Shown in pieces: positions 24,532 through 60,224 of a stretch of DNA of 64,000 nt (its first letter is position 1; the number at the start of each line of letters is the position of its first letter). The notes beneath the pieces are model-generated. The model did no database searches. It saw only the letters and a list, made by a program, of their open reading frames with translations, and was not told the DNA's origin. Source of the DNA: the human T2T-CHM13v2.0 reference genome, Homo sapiens; assembly GCF_009914755.1 (NCBI RefSeq), contig NC_060936.1; one strand, written 5' to 3'. The position numbers were made by a program, and so were the translations under genes.

Positions 24532-24766
24532 TCAAATTCTGCATCATCACAGCTGCCACAGCATTCCCTCCTCCAGGACATTCCCAGGTCACCACTGATC
24601 AGATCTTTAGCAATGGAGCCACCACGCTGGGCTGGGATCTATTTATGCCACCTACTGACCAGAACACCAGAACACCTTGATGTGGGTCATTTTTCATTCA
24701 TTTAGCTGGGCACGTGGTGGGTCTTTCCATCTAGAGATCCATGTTTTTTTCCTCCATGTTCTTTAA

Positions 24767-25086
<320 letters not shown>

Positions 25087-25182
25087 TGAGCCACTGTACC
25101 CAGCTTGATTCACTCTTTTTTTTTGGTTTGCTTTCTAAATTCCTAGAAGTCTGATGTTGTACTTTCTTGGTCGAACCTCTAA

Positions 25183-25443
<261 letters not shown>

Positions 25444-25533
25444 TGATCCTCTGCCTCAGCCTCTCACATAGCTGGGACTACAGGTGCACACCACCACACT
25501 AAGCTAATTTTCTTTAATTTTATTTTTTTTTAA

Positions 25534-25863
<330 letters not shown>

Positions 25864-28317
25864 TGATCTCAAACTCCTGAGCTCAAGTGATCCTCCTGTA
25901 ACCCCAAAGTGCTGGGGTTATAGGGATAAGCCACTATGCCTGAACCCTTGTTGATTTTGGATTCCAGTTTTTTTTTTTTTTTTCTTTAAGCAACAGGGTC
26001 TCACTCTATCATTCAGGCTGGATTGTAGTGACGTGATCACTGCTCACTGTAGCCTCCAATTCCTAGGCTCAAGAGATCCTCCTGCCTCAGCCTCTCTGTA
26101 GCTGAGACTACAGGTGGCGCCACCGTGACACACTTATTTATTTTGTAGAGACGGGGTCTTGCTATGTTGCCCAAGCTGGTCTCAAACTCCTAGCCTCAAG
26201 AGATCCTCCCTCCTTGGCCTCCCAGATACTGAGATGATAGGCATGGGCCACTGCGCCTGGCAGTTTCTTTTCTTAATTCTTCCCAGTCACACTGTGTGGT
26301 AGTGAGAGAAGGTGGTCAGTTGTTTTCACTTTTCTGAATATGAGGCCTTGTGAGAATCGAATACATGGTCCGTTTCCATCAAGAGTCCATGAGAACTGAA
26401 AAGGTTATGTTTTGTATGATGGTAGAGATTAATAAAATTGAATGAATGTTGATAATTTTATTCTGATTCATTCATTCATATTGCAGCAGCTACTATATCT
26501 AAGATACTGTGCAAACCATTGGGAGAAACAGTGGGTGAGCAGAAACAATTCCTTTTTTCACAGTCCTTGCAGGCAAGCTAGTGCTGGTGGTGCTAGTGGC
26601 AGACACTAATCACATCGCAGCCTCAATGGGATGCGTGCAACGCAGGAGAGGAGCAGAGTTCTAGGAGAGACTAAAATAGAGGAACCTGAGCTGGAATGCT
26701 GAGTCACAAAAGGCTTCCCTGACCAGGTGACAGCTGAACTGAGATCTGAGGGATGAGTTGGCGTGAATGAGACAAAGAGCCTAGAGATGGACAGCCCAGG
26801 CCTGGGAAATGGCTTGTGCAGATGCCCTGTGGTGGGAGAGAGCATGGTCTTCAAGGAATGGAAGAATGGCTGGAGGACGGAGCGGGAACACGGCGTGAGA
26901 TGAGCTGGAGAGGCGGACAGCCATCTCGGGTACAGTCCTATGGGTCACATAGATTTCTGCCTTGTCCTGGAAGTGACAAGGAAGCCTTTGGCGCATTTGA
27001 CTCAGAGAGATGGTGTACAAATGTTTTTGTTTGTTTGTTTTTACAGAGTCTTTCTCTGTCACCCAAGCTAGAATGCAGTGGCACAATCATAGCTCTCTGC
27101 AACCTCAAACTTCTGGCCTCCAGTGATCCTCCCATCTCAGCCTCCCAAAGCACTGGGATTACAGGCATGAGCCACCACACCTGGTCTGAAAATATTTGTT
27201 TTGAGGCCAGGTGCGGTGGCTCATGCCTGTAATCCCAGCACTTTGGGAGGCCAAGGCCGGTGGGTCATCTGAGGTCAGGAGTTTGAGACCAGCCTGGCCA
27301 ACGTGGTGAAACCCGGCCTCTACTAAAATACAAAAAATTAGCCAGGTGTGGTGGCGCATGCCTGTAGTCCCAGCTACTTGGGAGGTTGAGGCAGGAGAAT
27401 CGCTTGAACCCGGAGGCGGAGGTTGCGGTGAGCCGAGATTGCACCACGGTGCTCCAGCCTGGGCGACAAGAGTGAAACTCTGTCTCAAAAAAAAAAAAAA
27501 TTGTTTTGAAAAGATCCCCTCTGGCTGTGGTGTGCAGCGCAGTGAGGAGGTGTGGAAAGAGGAGGTTGGTCAGAGTGGAGAGTTAGGAGGCTCCTGTAAT
27601 GATCCAAGAGGGAGATGATGGTATCTTGGATCTGGGTGGAGACAGGAGATGGAAAGAAATGGATGGATCCCTGGAATGGCAGGCAGGTTAAACAAACAAG
27701 AGTCAGTGATGCATTTCCTGGTCATGGGGATGGAGGGAGAAGGGCTCTGTCCTGTCCAGCTGGATGAATGGTGGTATCACTCCGGAAGAAAAGGGAGAAC
27801 TTCATTAGTGGTGCTGGGGAGAACAGATGATCGATCTGTCTTAGGCACTATGAGCTTTTTCTCTCTATACACATTCTTTTTCTACTTGCATTGTCAGAGA
27901 CTGAAAGAAATTGTGTTATTCTTCAATTACATTTTTATTTCTATCGATTTCTCGTGTTGCAGTTTTGCTTATGTAGTTTGATGGTAAGAGTTTACAGCAG
28001 TGTTACATTTTGAAGATTTTAATTTTTAATTTTTGAATAAAAATATTGGTATGTGTTCAAAATTGTAGGCAGCCTCTATGACTCCCAATTCCCTCTCCAA
28101 AGGTAACCCTGGTTTCTAGCTTAGGATGCATAAGAAAATATACAGTATAGGTTATGGTCCTCATCTTTATTCATTTCATTCCTGAATAATAATCTGTACA
28201 CATACACATTTTGTTCAGTTAATGACAATTTTGGTTGTTTCTTCTTTTTGGTTATTAATACTGCTATGCACATGTATGTATAAGTTTTTGGTAGATACAG
28301 ATTTTTAATTCTTGTAA

Positions 28318-28689
<372 letters not shown>

Positions 28690-28795
28690 TGATCTGCCCA
28701 CCTGGCCTCCCAAAGTGCTGGGATTACAGGTGTGAGCCACCCTGCCCGACCCCAACAATGTTATGAGGGCTCCATTTTCTGTACATCTTTGCTAA

Positions 28796-29125
<330 letters not shown>

Positions 29126-29344
29126 TAGCTAATTTTTGTATTTTCAGTGGAGACGGGGTTTCACCAGGTTGGCCAGGATGGTCTCGATCTCCTGACCTCG
29201 TGATCTGCCCACCTCAGCTTCCCAAAGTGCTGGGATTACAGATGTGAGCCACCGCGCCCAGCCCATTTGTATATATTTTTTGGAGAAATTTCTATTTGTA
29301 TCTTTTGCCCATTTAAATAACTGGATTGTCTTTTTTATTGTTGA

Positions 29345-29661
<317 letters not shown>

Positions 29662-31474
29662 AAGAATTCTTTATATATTTGGAATACTAAATCCTTATCA
29701 GATATATGATTTACAAATACTTCCTCCCAATTTTTGAGTTGTCCTTTTTTTTTTTTTCTTTTTTTTTTGAGACAGTCTTGCTCTGTCACCTAGCCTGGAC
29801 TGCAGTGGTGCCTATAATTAGTTCACTGCACTCTCAAACCCCTGGGCTCAAGCCATCCTCCCACCTCAGCCTCTCAAGTAGCTAGGACTACAGGTGCATG
29901 CCACCATACTTGGCTAATTTTTTTTTGTAGTTTTTGTAGAGATTGGTTCTATGTTGCCCAGGCTGGTCTTAAACTCCTGAGCTCAAGCAGTCCTCCTGCC
30001 TTGGCCTCCCAAAGTGTTAGGATTACAGCCATGAGCCACTGCACCTGGCCCTCACTTTCATTCTTGAAAGATATTGTCACTGGATATAGAATTCTGGGTT
30101 GACACATTTTACTTTTTCTAAAGGTGTCATTCCATTGTCCTCTAGTCTTCACTATTTCTGATGAGAATTTTGCTGAAATTCATGTAAATCTATTGTTGTT
30201 CCCCTATGCAGTGTGTCATTTTTTTTCTTGTTGCTTTCAAGACTTTCTATGTTTAGTTTTCAGACTATGAAGTCCCTGGGTGTGATGTTCCTTTATTTAT
30301 TTTGCTTGAGATTTGCCATGTTTCTTGACTCTTTCCCCATATTTGGCCATTTTTTTTTTTAAACCTTTCTGCCTCATTCTCTCTTCCCTCATTCTGTGAC
30401 TCCAACTATATATATGTTAAGACTGCTTGACACTGTTCACAGATAACTGAGGCTCTGATCATTTTTTCTGTATCTTTTCTGTTTTTTAGATTGGATATTT
30501 CAGGGTTTGGGAAACTGGCCACAGGTGGAATGTTTATTCTCATTTACAGTGGCTGCTTGCTTCCACACTATGATGGCAGAAATGAGTAGTTATAAAGGGG
30601 ATTTTTGACCCACAAAGCTAAAAATATTACCTGACCCCTCACAGGTTTACTAATCCCAGCTCTATTGCCAGTTTAATGATTCTTTAATCTGCCAATGTGC
30701 TGTTAATCCTATCTAGTGAATTGACTTCATGTGTTGTATTTTTAAGTTCTAGAATTTTTATTTGGTTCTTTTTGTCATGATTTATCTGCTGACAATTCCT
30801 ATTTGCTCATTATGAGCATATTTTCCTTTACATCCTGGAGCATGGTTATAATTACTTTAAACATCTTGAATGTTAATTCCAACATGTCAGTCATATCAGA
30901 GTCAGTTTCTGTCAATTGCTTCTTGAGCATAGATCACATTTTCTTGTTCATATGTATAGCAGTTTTGAATTATATAATTGCAGAAAATCTGGTGAAGTGT
31001 TTTTTTTTTGTTTTGTTTTGTTTTTTTTACAGCAGGCATTTAACGGCTGAACTCAAGATTTAAAACTTTGATTCCAGCCAGGGACAGTGCCTCATGCCTG
31101 TAATCCTAGCATTTTGGGAGGCCAAGGCGAAAGGATGGCTTGAGGCCAGGAGTTTGAGACCAGTCTGGGCAACACAGCAAGACCCCATCTCTACAAATAA
31201 AAACCTCCCAAGTAGTTGGTGGTATGTGCCTGTAGTCCCAGCTATTAATACTTGGGAGGCTGAGCTGAGAGGATTGCTTGAGCTTAGGAGATCAAGGCTG
31301 CAGTGAGCTATGATTGTACCACTGCACTGCAGTGTGGGTGACAGACACAGACTTTGTCTCAAATTTAAGAAAAGGAAGGCGGCTGGGCTCAGTGGCTCAC
31401 GCCTGTAATCCCAGCACTTTGGGAGGCCGAGGTGGGTGGATCACGAGGTCAGGAGATCGAGACCATCCTGTCTA

Positions 31475-31859
<385 letters not shown>

Positions 31860-32780
31860 TCATGTATATTTTAAAGTTGTTTTTAGCCAGAGGATTGGTT
31901 TGAATAACAGCCCAGTATTACTGGGGATCAGAACAGCAGCTGACAGTTGTTTTTATGTTTTTATGGCTTGTTTTAATATCAGCAGTGGGTTGGGTGTGGT
32001 GGCTCATGCCTGTAATCCCAGCACTTTGGGAGGCAGGATTGCTTGAGCTCAAGAGTAGGAGGTTGCAGTAAGCTATGGCTGCACCAGTGCATTCCAGCCT
32101 AGGCAACACAGTAAGACCCTGTCTTAAAAAAAAAAAAATCAATCAGCAATAGGGTAGTCATAATTTTAACAATGAAATCCAGTTGCTTTGAATGTCTCAA
32201 AGATTCTAGTTTAAGCCTGGCTTGCTAGGAGGCATGCATCCTGGTCCCCTCCTCCTAGGAACTCCTAGTTTGTGTGAGGTGATACCCTCTCATGAGTAAT
32301 GGTCAACACTGCTGCAGCATTATTGGAGAGGAAGGTGTCGGCATGCCCCTTCTGGACAGCAGCTGGGTCAGCCCAGGGCTTGGCAGCCAAAACCCCAGCT
32401 CTTTCCTGCCACCTACTAGGGTTGGTGGATCTCCATCTCCAATACGATGCTGTTTGCATGGTCCTTCCCTGTTTACAGAAACTCCCCACAGTTCTGTATG
32501 TATGCTAAACAAGTCGTGTCTACAAAACCTGGCTGTGATTATTTTCTCATAATCTGGGCAATGAGCTCAGTCTCTGGAAGCAGGAAGATCTGGGGCAAAT
32601 TAGCTGCCCTTGAAACTTTGGGTACATAAAATGGATGATAAAATCTGCCGTTACATAATGAGACTGAAGATCTGAGATGACAGGCCACCATTCTGGCCCA
32701 CAGCATGGAACACACTCTGCAGTTAGGGAGACCCAGGCAGACGCTGTTGCAAGAATCTTTATTTGCTACAGGCAGTGGAT

Positions 32781-32838
32781 GGATTTAAATGTATTTGGAA
32801 CTAAGAGTAGGATTTAAATGTATTTGGAACTAAGAGTA
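32781..32838. repeat. Exact 29-bp tandem duplication
   Basis: GGATTTAAATGTATTTGGAACTAAGAGTA x2. Confidence 0.95.
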
Positions 32839-33028
32839 GGCCCTAGAGCCATCAGTGTTTATGCCTTACCTGTATTTTCTGGGGTGGAGATCATTTCTAA
32901 TCCTGGGATGAGGATGGAATATAATGATTAGGGACAGTGTTTAGAGCTTATTCTGCCGCTTAGCAATTTGTGATCTTGGGGTCTTGGCGAGTTCCTTTGT
33001 GACAATGGTGACAGTAATGGCACCTGCC

Positions 33029-37218
<4,190 letters not shown>

Positions 37219-37644
37219 CTAGAAAAAAGAGTTATGAAAAAGCGGGAGTTCTAGTAACACACAGTCTCTTTGTGAGGAAAAAGGACTTCAGATCAGTGAG
37301 GAAGGAATCTGCTGAAATTTCATGAGCATGCCATGCCTAATGCAGCAGACTTCCTAGAAAACCCCTAAACCATGGTATTTGAGAAAACAGAATAAGAGGC
37401 GGACCTAAGTGTATCAGGCAGCGGGGAGCAAACGAGCACTGGAAGGGAAGTCTAATGTGTGCTTTAACTGCAGCCACCCACTCAACCCTCCGAGACGAGT
37501 AGAGTATTTGCTGTTTCTCTGCCAAAGTTTTAAGGGAGTGTTTTAAGGGCTTTGAAGATTAGCAACTGGAATCCAGGGTGCATTCACAGCCCTGTGTGGG
37601 TATTTCCCCCCAAAACCTGCACAGAAGTGAGAATGACAAAATAA

Positions 37645-40135
<2,491 letters not shown>

Positions 40136-40207
40136 TCATACTTCCAGGAATCGGGAGCTGCTGGACTTGGAGTGGAAAGGCTCAGACCACATCCGCCGGA
40201 GGTCGCC
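40136..40207 (-). CDS. SPPL3: SPPL3 last coding exon (11)
   Basis: [23 protein letters not shown]; 72 nt. Confidence 0.97.
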   Translation of the reverse strand, partial: GDLRRMWSEPFHSKSSSSRFLEV

Positions 40208-40475
40208 CTGGGAAACAAGGGACTTTCTAAGTTACAGATTTAAACATGAGGCACACACAGCTGTCTGATTCTTTAAAAAAAAAAAATTTTTTTTCCAGGT
40301 ATGAAGTCTTCCTATATATTGGCCAGGCTGGTCTCAAACTCCTGGGCTCGGGCAATTCTCCTGCCTCGACCTTCCAAAGTGCTAGGATTACAGGCATGAG
40401 CTGCTGCGCTTGGCCCCTTTCTGATATTTTTTTTTTTTGAGATGGGTTCTCACTCTGTCACCTAGGCTGGAGTGA

Positions 40476-40643
<168 letters not shown>

Positions 40644-41226
40644 TGAACTCTTAACCCGCCTGCCTCAGCCTCCCAAGGTGCGGGGGTTACAGGCGTGAGC
40701 CACCATGCCCCTGGCCCCTTTCTGATGCTTGATCTGAGATCAGATTGCTTCTGTGGGAAATCAAAGAGCATTTAAATCTTACCCATTCAAAAATAACCCA
40801 CTATTTTTAGGAGGACTCCCTAGAAGGGGTGCTTTTAGGCTCCCTGAGCAAGAAAAGGGCTTTTATCAACTCTCTAGAGGTAGTGAGTCAAGTGAGCTGG
40901 GCAAGTAAGTTGACCTCTGTATCTGCTTCCTCATCTGTAAAACGGGGCTGAGAATAGATATCTGGGAAATAATGTGCTCTTGAACTCTGGTTTTATCATA
41001 TGCTGCCTCAACACTATTCAATCTTAATTATTCCCAAACTTTAACGTAGTGTTAAGCTGTTAGGTGGCAGGAGGGCACTGCTTTGAACAGAAGCAGGAAG
41101 TACCCTCAGCTGGGCTCTGGGGCTTTCAATTAGTTATTCCTCGACCAGGTGGTGTAGTGGTCTAGCTCATCAGCATTTTCTGTCAGTGGCTGCACGAATC
41201 TGGAAGCGTTTGCTAACGCCAGGGTA

Positions 41227-41227
41227 G

Positions 41228-41260
<33 letters not shown>
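41227..41260. repeat. (GC)5(AC)12 alternating purine-pyrimidine repeat
   Basis: Directly visible in SPPL3 intron 10. Confidence 0.95.
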
Positions 41261-41261
<1 letters not shown>

Positions 41262-41381
41262 GTCGAGATCACAAGCTCACTCAGGGGCTTAAGCAGAATC
41301 ACCTCCAGCGAGGAGAGTGCAAACCGAGGCACAGGCCAATCCAAGTTATTGCTTTCACAGGTTTATAACTGCTGCTCTCAC

Positions 41382-41491
41382 CTTTAAATAGGCCATCGTG
41401 AGGAGTGGCAATAAAGTAAATGGCACCAAATAGAGAAGGGCGGGCTGGGCGGCCCGGTGAATGCGAGACGCCACAGTAGCAGTGAGCAGGC
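41382..41491 (-). CDS. SPPL3: SPPL3 exon 10 (QPALLY motif)
   Basis: [37 protein letters not shown]; 110 nt. Confidence 0.97.
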
Positions 41492-42512
41492 CTGTGAGGA
41501 GAGAGAGGCATCTGTGAGACACGAGAGGGAACCCGTGTCACCTGGCTGCTGCTGGGCAAAGTCCTGCAACTGTACAGATCTAATGTGCTGTCGTCCATTC
41601 TATGGTTGGGGTGTGAAATGCCCAGCTTGGGCAGTTGAAGAAATGTGGATCAGCACAGCTTTAAAAAACACCTACAACTCCAAGGACACATGACTGACCC
41701 AAGTCTCACTCCTTGCTCAGGTTCCTGGGTTCAAACCCTCCTTCCAGCTCCAAGTGTGCCTCTGTCTCCTGTGATGCTGGACTTGGGAGGCAGAAGACCT
41801 GGGTTCAAGTTCCAACTCTGCTACTCACAATAGCTAACATAAATGTAGTTCAGACCTTCCACCTCTCTGAGCCTCAGCTTGCTCATCTGTCTAATGGGGA
41901 TAATGCCACTTGCCTTGCCCCTCTGAGTTTGTGGACTGAAATGAACCCATGTGAATGAACTGCTGTGGGACGAGGACAGTGCTGGGGTTGAGGAGGAGGT
42001 ACGGAGTGCAAAAGCTCCTTTCCAGTCACTGTGCGGGAGCAGTTGCATGTGCGGGCAGGTTACTGCTTTTCCCAGCCCCATCACAATCATCTCCTGTCTG
42101 CCTACACATGAGCTGGCTACAAAACTTGGCCTAGGTCAGAGTGGCAGAAATGTAGAACTAATGAATGTAAGTAAGTATCTATTGAATAAAGTAGGAAATA
42201 AATACGACAGTCATTCAACTCTAGAGGAAGATTTAAGCACAGACTAATCCACTGCACTGTGTGCTGTGTGTCCTTGGCTTTGAGGACTGACCTGCTTTTC
42301 CTACAACGTTCTTCAGATACACAGCTGGAGAGGGAACTGGCCTATCCAGTACACAAAACACTTAGCATCTCACGGGCCAGGCTGTCTATTACAACACCCA
42401 GAATTCCTGCTCTCCTTCCATCCAGTAACTGTAGCTAGAAGACCTGATTTAATTCCAAAGGTTGGAGGACAGCCAGAGCGAGGATCATCTGCAGTCTCTC
42501 TGGTTCTCTTAC

Positions 42513-42712
42513 CTACAAAGTATCCGATGAGGGTGCAGTGAAAGTAGGAGACCTTCTGCATGCGCCCGGAGATGTTGGCAGGTCCAGGGGCCCCACAGGA
42601 GTCCCCACTGGCTTGCTTTTTGTAGTTGTCATAGCGAAGGACAAAGCATAGTAGGAGACCAGGCATAACGATGTCTCCGATGCCCAACATGGAGAAGTGG
42701 CTGCCAGTGGAG
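42513..42712 (-). CDS. SPPL3: SPPL3 exon 9 (catalytic GIGD)
   Basis: [28 protein letters not shown]...IGYFV; 200 nt. Confidence 0.98.
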
Positions 42713-43443
42713 CTGGAATGCAGTTTCACAGGTTAGTGACGTCACACTCTACAATCCAGTTTCTATTCCTTTTGTGCAAAGTTTGTTAGCTTTTTAAGGA
42801 GTCAAAGAGCTTATCTGCATGGCAGATGGAAATCTCTTCTGATGGAACATTAGTTTTAAGAGTGTAGAGAGAAAAAGCTGCAACAGTACTGGCACTAGAG
42901 GTCTCCACCTTGGCCCCCCTGTTTCAGGAGAGCCCCTTGGAAGTGACTGCTGAAGTGATTTGCATAAGTGCTGCTTCCTCTAGAAATGTCAAACAATTCA
43001 TCATTTGTGACACATTCACTGTTGAGACTTCAAATAAGCACCTGGCTACTATTACAGGTGGAAGATTAAAGCAGCACATTCATTCTGCCAAGATTATATT
43101 ACCAGGAGTTGTATAATTCTACCATTAGAACTTATTTTTATAAATATCTTACAAGTTAAAAGGATCGAGATTCTCCTAACTCCCTCCAGCCAACTCTAAA
43201 CAGTGGAAACAGCAGTAAGGCATGGCTGTTTGCTGACATTAATCAATAATAAAAGGCACCGCCTGGATCACTCAGTGATCCTTCTTGGCAAGCCAAGAAT
43301 CTCATCCTCATTTCCTCTTCTGCAGCATGGAGATAATGGCCCCAGGTTGGGATCAGAATGCTGATGACATAAGAGACTGATCAAGGCCGGGAACAGATAG
43401 GCACAGGAAGACAGTGTGGTCCTGTCATAGCATGAGGTCTTAC

Positions 43444-43607
43444 CTTGGGAAGACCAGTTTTCCAGGCAGAGACAGGCGAGGAACATCACGCCCAACATTG
43501 GGCCCCAGGTGGAGCTTCCGGGATAGAACGTCAAGGGGATTGTCAGCCGGCTGAGTGGCCACCTTCACCATGACGTTGCTATTGAAGATGTAGGCTGAGA
43601 AAAATAC
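43444..43607 (-). CDS. SPPL3: SPPL3 exon 8
   Basis: [18 protein letters not shown]...LPGKLVFP; 164 nt. Confidence 0.98.
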
Positions 43608-44071
43608 CTGCCGAGTTGGAGAGATGCCTTTAACAGAGGGAGTTGGAAGCAACCTGCTTTCAGCATCAGCCCTCCTTGCTCTTAAGAGCAGAGTCTCAGA
43701 ATGCTGTGACTGCAATGCTTTCGTTGACTGTATGATTTGAGAAAATCTTTGCTCTTCCTGTGTACTTGCCAATTTCTGCACTCTCCACACCCAGAGATTA
43801 CTCCCTGACAGGGTGGCCCCCACTGCAGCGAATCTTGTCAGCCTGTTACCTCTTCTATCCTAGGAGTCACACACACACACTACCTACTGTACGACTTTTC
43901 AGCAAACAAAAGGATCGGACTGCACACCCATGATACAGTTAAGGACTGGAGAGAGAGTGATCAGCAGCTGGGCAAGCCCGACTTTGGATACTTCTAGTTA
44001 ATAGTTTTCAGGCATGAATGCTTCACTTCAACACAAAGAAGGGGAGGAGCTCCAAGGACATAAACGCTTAC

Positions 44072-44178
44072 CCAAAAGACATCATAGATGAGAAGCCCTG
44101 AGAGAAGCAGGCAGGAGACCTTGAGGCTCGGCAGGCGGACAAAGGCGATCATGGCGACACAGAGGCCCATGGCCAGTG
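44072..44178 (-). CDS. SPPL3: SPPL3 exon 7 (catalytic YD)
   Basis: [36 protein letters not shown]; 107 nt. Confidence 0.98.
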
Positions 44179-44616
44179 CTGGGGAGGAGACAGGGTACAG
44201 CAGACAGCAGTCAGTGTGGACTCCAGGCTCATCCTCTTTCCACAAGCTATGGCCCTTCACAGAGTTTGCAATTCCCTCAAAAATCAGGCAGCCCTAAGCT
44301 CCAGCTTCAGAAACTTACATGCAACTGGTGCAAAACACCCGCTTCTTCAGCCTGTTTGGACTTGTGGAATTTGGGGTGATTGCTTTCCTCCTCCTAGACA
44401 TAGTGCTCGGCTGTTGGAGACCCAGGAAACCAGTCCAAGACCTCCAAGCTCTCTTTTCCTGCTTTCCCTCCAATGTTGTGGATGTGTTGTCCTTGCTCCC
44501 TGCTTTAAAGTGAACTCACACCCTAGATAGCACCCCCTTTCATTCACTGGAGGCATCATCCCAGCAATTCATTAACTGCGTTATAGAAAACTAGAGAATA
44601 CAGTAAAGCAAAATAA

Positions 44617-57700
<13,084 letters not shown>

Positions 57701-57757
57701 AGTATCTATAAAACTCTATAAAGTAAAATTACAATTTGTCACAAATTAGTCACTCAC

Positions 57758-57870
57758 CATCCATGAGAAGCCAATGGCCAGTGAGAACCCAGATGAGGAC
57801 GAGCATGACAGACAGAGAGAATGACAGCAACTCAGCAGCAGTGAAACGTCCACAGCAACCAAAGGAAATC
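57758..57870 (-). CDS. SPPL3: SPPL3 exon 6
   Basis: [37 protein letters not shown]; 113 nt. Confidence 0.97.
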
Positions 57871-58776
57871 CTGGAAAACACACAACACTTATTGGACAGT
57901 GGGCACACTTTATTCAGTAACCAAATTCTCCTTTGGTATTTCGTGATGGCTGGATTAGAATAGCAGATAATACCAAGATAGCTGGAAATCCAAAATACCC
58001 AATCCTTTTTTGGAGAAACCTATGGAAAGCTCACAGGAATATACTTCTGCACCAACTGATAATGTCTTTTTGGGACCAATTATCAACATGGGCATTTAGA
58101 AGTTTGAAGTGATAATATTGACCTCTGGAAAAGCTAATAAGTATGGAGGAAATTCTATTCTTATGAGGAAAACAAAATGAAGAAATGCCAACAATTCAAC
58201 TCATTTACCAAAGATGGTATCACTCTATTTAGAAGATTGTAAATCTTTTGGTTATCACTAATTCCTGCGAGCATCAGCTGCCACCAATGACTGGTTTCCT
58301 AAGTGCGTTCAGCATCTCCATTAGCACAGAATTTTGTTTCCGTGCAGCAATGACTTTCAGAGTTAAGGTGTGAACACTAGGATTAAACGCAAGTAGGTAG
58401 CATATCTAGGCCACCGAAGACCAAAGGCAAAGAAGAACGTTTGAGTTCAACCACTATTCTCATATTTCATCAACTCACAGTAAAGGAATGAAAGCACCGT
58501 TTCAAAAGAAAACTGCTCATCTTTCAATGATCTAAGTAGGAAGCACATTACAATGACTCAGACTTCCTAAGTTTTGTTTGTATTTCCTCTGACATGAGAA
58601 GGTACAAAAGGAAGTACTAGCTTCTGGCTTTAAAGATCAAATGTGTCACTTCCTGGTCTTTTGGCATTTCTGTGCTCCAGCCAATAACAGAAATTGAGAA
58701 TCCTAATAATGCTATCAAATATGACAGAAAAATATATACAAGTTTATAATTTAAGAGGAAAGTCCCAAGTCCTTAC

Positions 58777-58855
58777 TTGTTCTGAGGTGAGCAGGGTCTT
58801 GTTAAATACTGGCACATCGGGAGGAGAAGAAAAGCAAAAGCTATCGTTGCAAGAA
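58777..58855 (-). CDS. SPPL3: SPPL3 exon 5
   Basis: [26 protein letters not shown]; 79 nt. Confidence 0.97.
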
Positions 58856-59576
58856 CTAGAGAAAGAAAAGGTATAATTTTTTAAAACAATTATAAGAAAA
58901 ATGGCATGACTTATAGAAACTTCATTCTGCCAAACACTAGACAAGTGGATACGGTTAATTGACTAGAGAAGAAAAATGTCTTCCTTTAATACTGCACAAA
59001 AAATCTCTTCATTATTAAAAAAAAGTACCTGATTTGAAGTAGGGGAAAGCATAGGTAAGTTTTCTAAAAGATAAACAGCAGGCCAGGGGATGACCTCCTA
59101 ACAAGTCTTGTAGCATTTTGCCGATTTTTTTTTACATTTCCATCAATACTTAGCTTGAAAACACATCAAAGAGCTGACAGTCCAATCACTTTGATTAGCT
59201 ATCCATGTTTCTACCTGCAAGAACGTGGGTAGAGGCTGACAATGGCCTCTATGCCAAGCTCAACCTTCTGGTAATCTAGAAAAAGCGCCACAGCCAAAGC
59301 ACAGCAATACTGCTCTGGTGTCATAGAATTCCTGCACTTTGACGTCTCCAGCCTTTCTTTCAGATTGTGTGGGCAGGTCTCAACAGATGACGTGGATCAA
59401 GAGGTTCAAGGAGGAGTTGGGGAAGGGTGGCGTGGTTGAGACGGAGAAGGCGAAGCCAAGATTTATAAGGAAAAACTTACATGACATGGTATATAAATCT
59501 TAATTTTTGAACAATGATAAAGGTGAAAAATTTTCCTTTTAGTATGTTAAGACTAGACAGAGAAACTCATATTTAC

Positions 59577-59696
59577 CTGCTGTACATATTGTAAAAACTA
59601 CTTGAACTGAGTCAAAGAAGAAGAACATTACTAAAAGAGAGACAGATGCTCCAATTGGAAGGAACAGAGCCTGGGTAGAGTCAATTGTTTGGATGC
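59577..59696 (-). CDS. SPPL3: SPPL3 exon 4 (upstream exons outside window)
   Basis: [39 protein letters not shown]; 120 nt. Confidence 0.97.
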
Positions 59697-60224
59697 CTGA
59701 AAGAGAAAAAGAGACAGATTAATAACTTATTATGCACCAGGCACTGTGCCTATGCACTTCATATACATTAACTTGCAAAAATGCAGACAGTTCTACGGAT
59801 TATACGTAGGACATGGATTATCCAGGCCCTATGAGTCTTTCTTTCCCAACGAGATCATGAGCTCCTTGTTCTCTTCACGGTGCCTTTCATTACAGCAGAC
59901 ACTCAGGAATATTTGTTGAAGTGAACTACTACCTCCTGGTGTTAACCATCTGGATGACAGGATCCAAACCACCACCGAGAACATTAAGAGGTAGTAAAAA
60001 CCCAGATTAGTCCATTTGGGTAAATTTGTGGTCTTGAATATAGGTTTGGTAAAAGAGGTGGTTTAAACCCATTGACTAAAAGGACTTCTCATCACCTGTG
60101 GGTTTAAGGTACTCATTTTCACTCTTTCTCGTTGTTGCTAATAGTTGAGAACTGACTTGGCTGATGGGGGAGAAGGAGGACAACAAGTCATAGCTGAAAA
60201 CAGCAAATCAGAAAAATTTTATTT

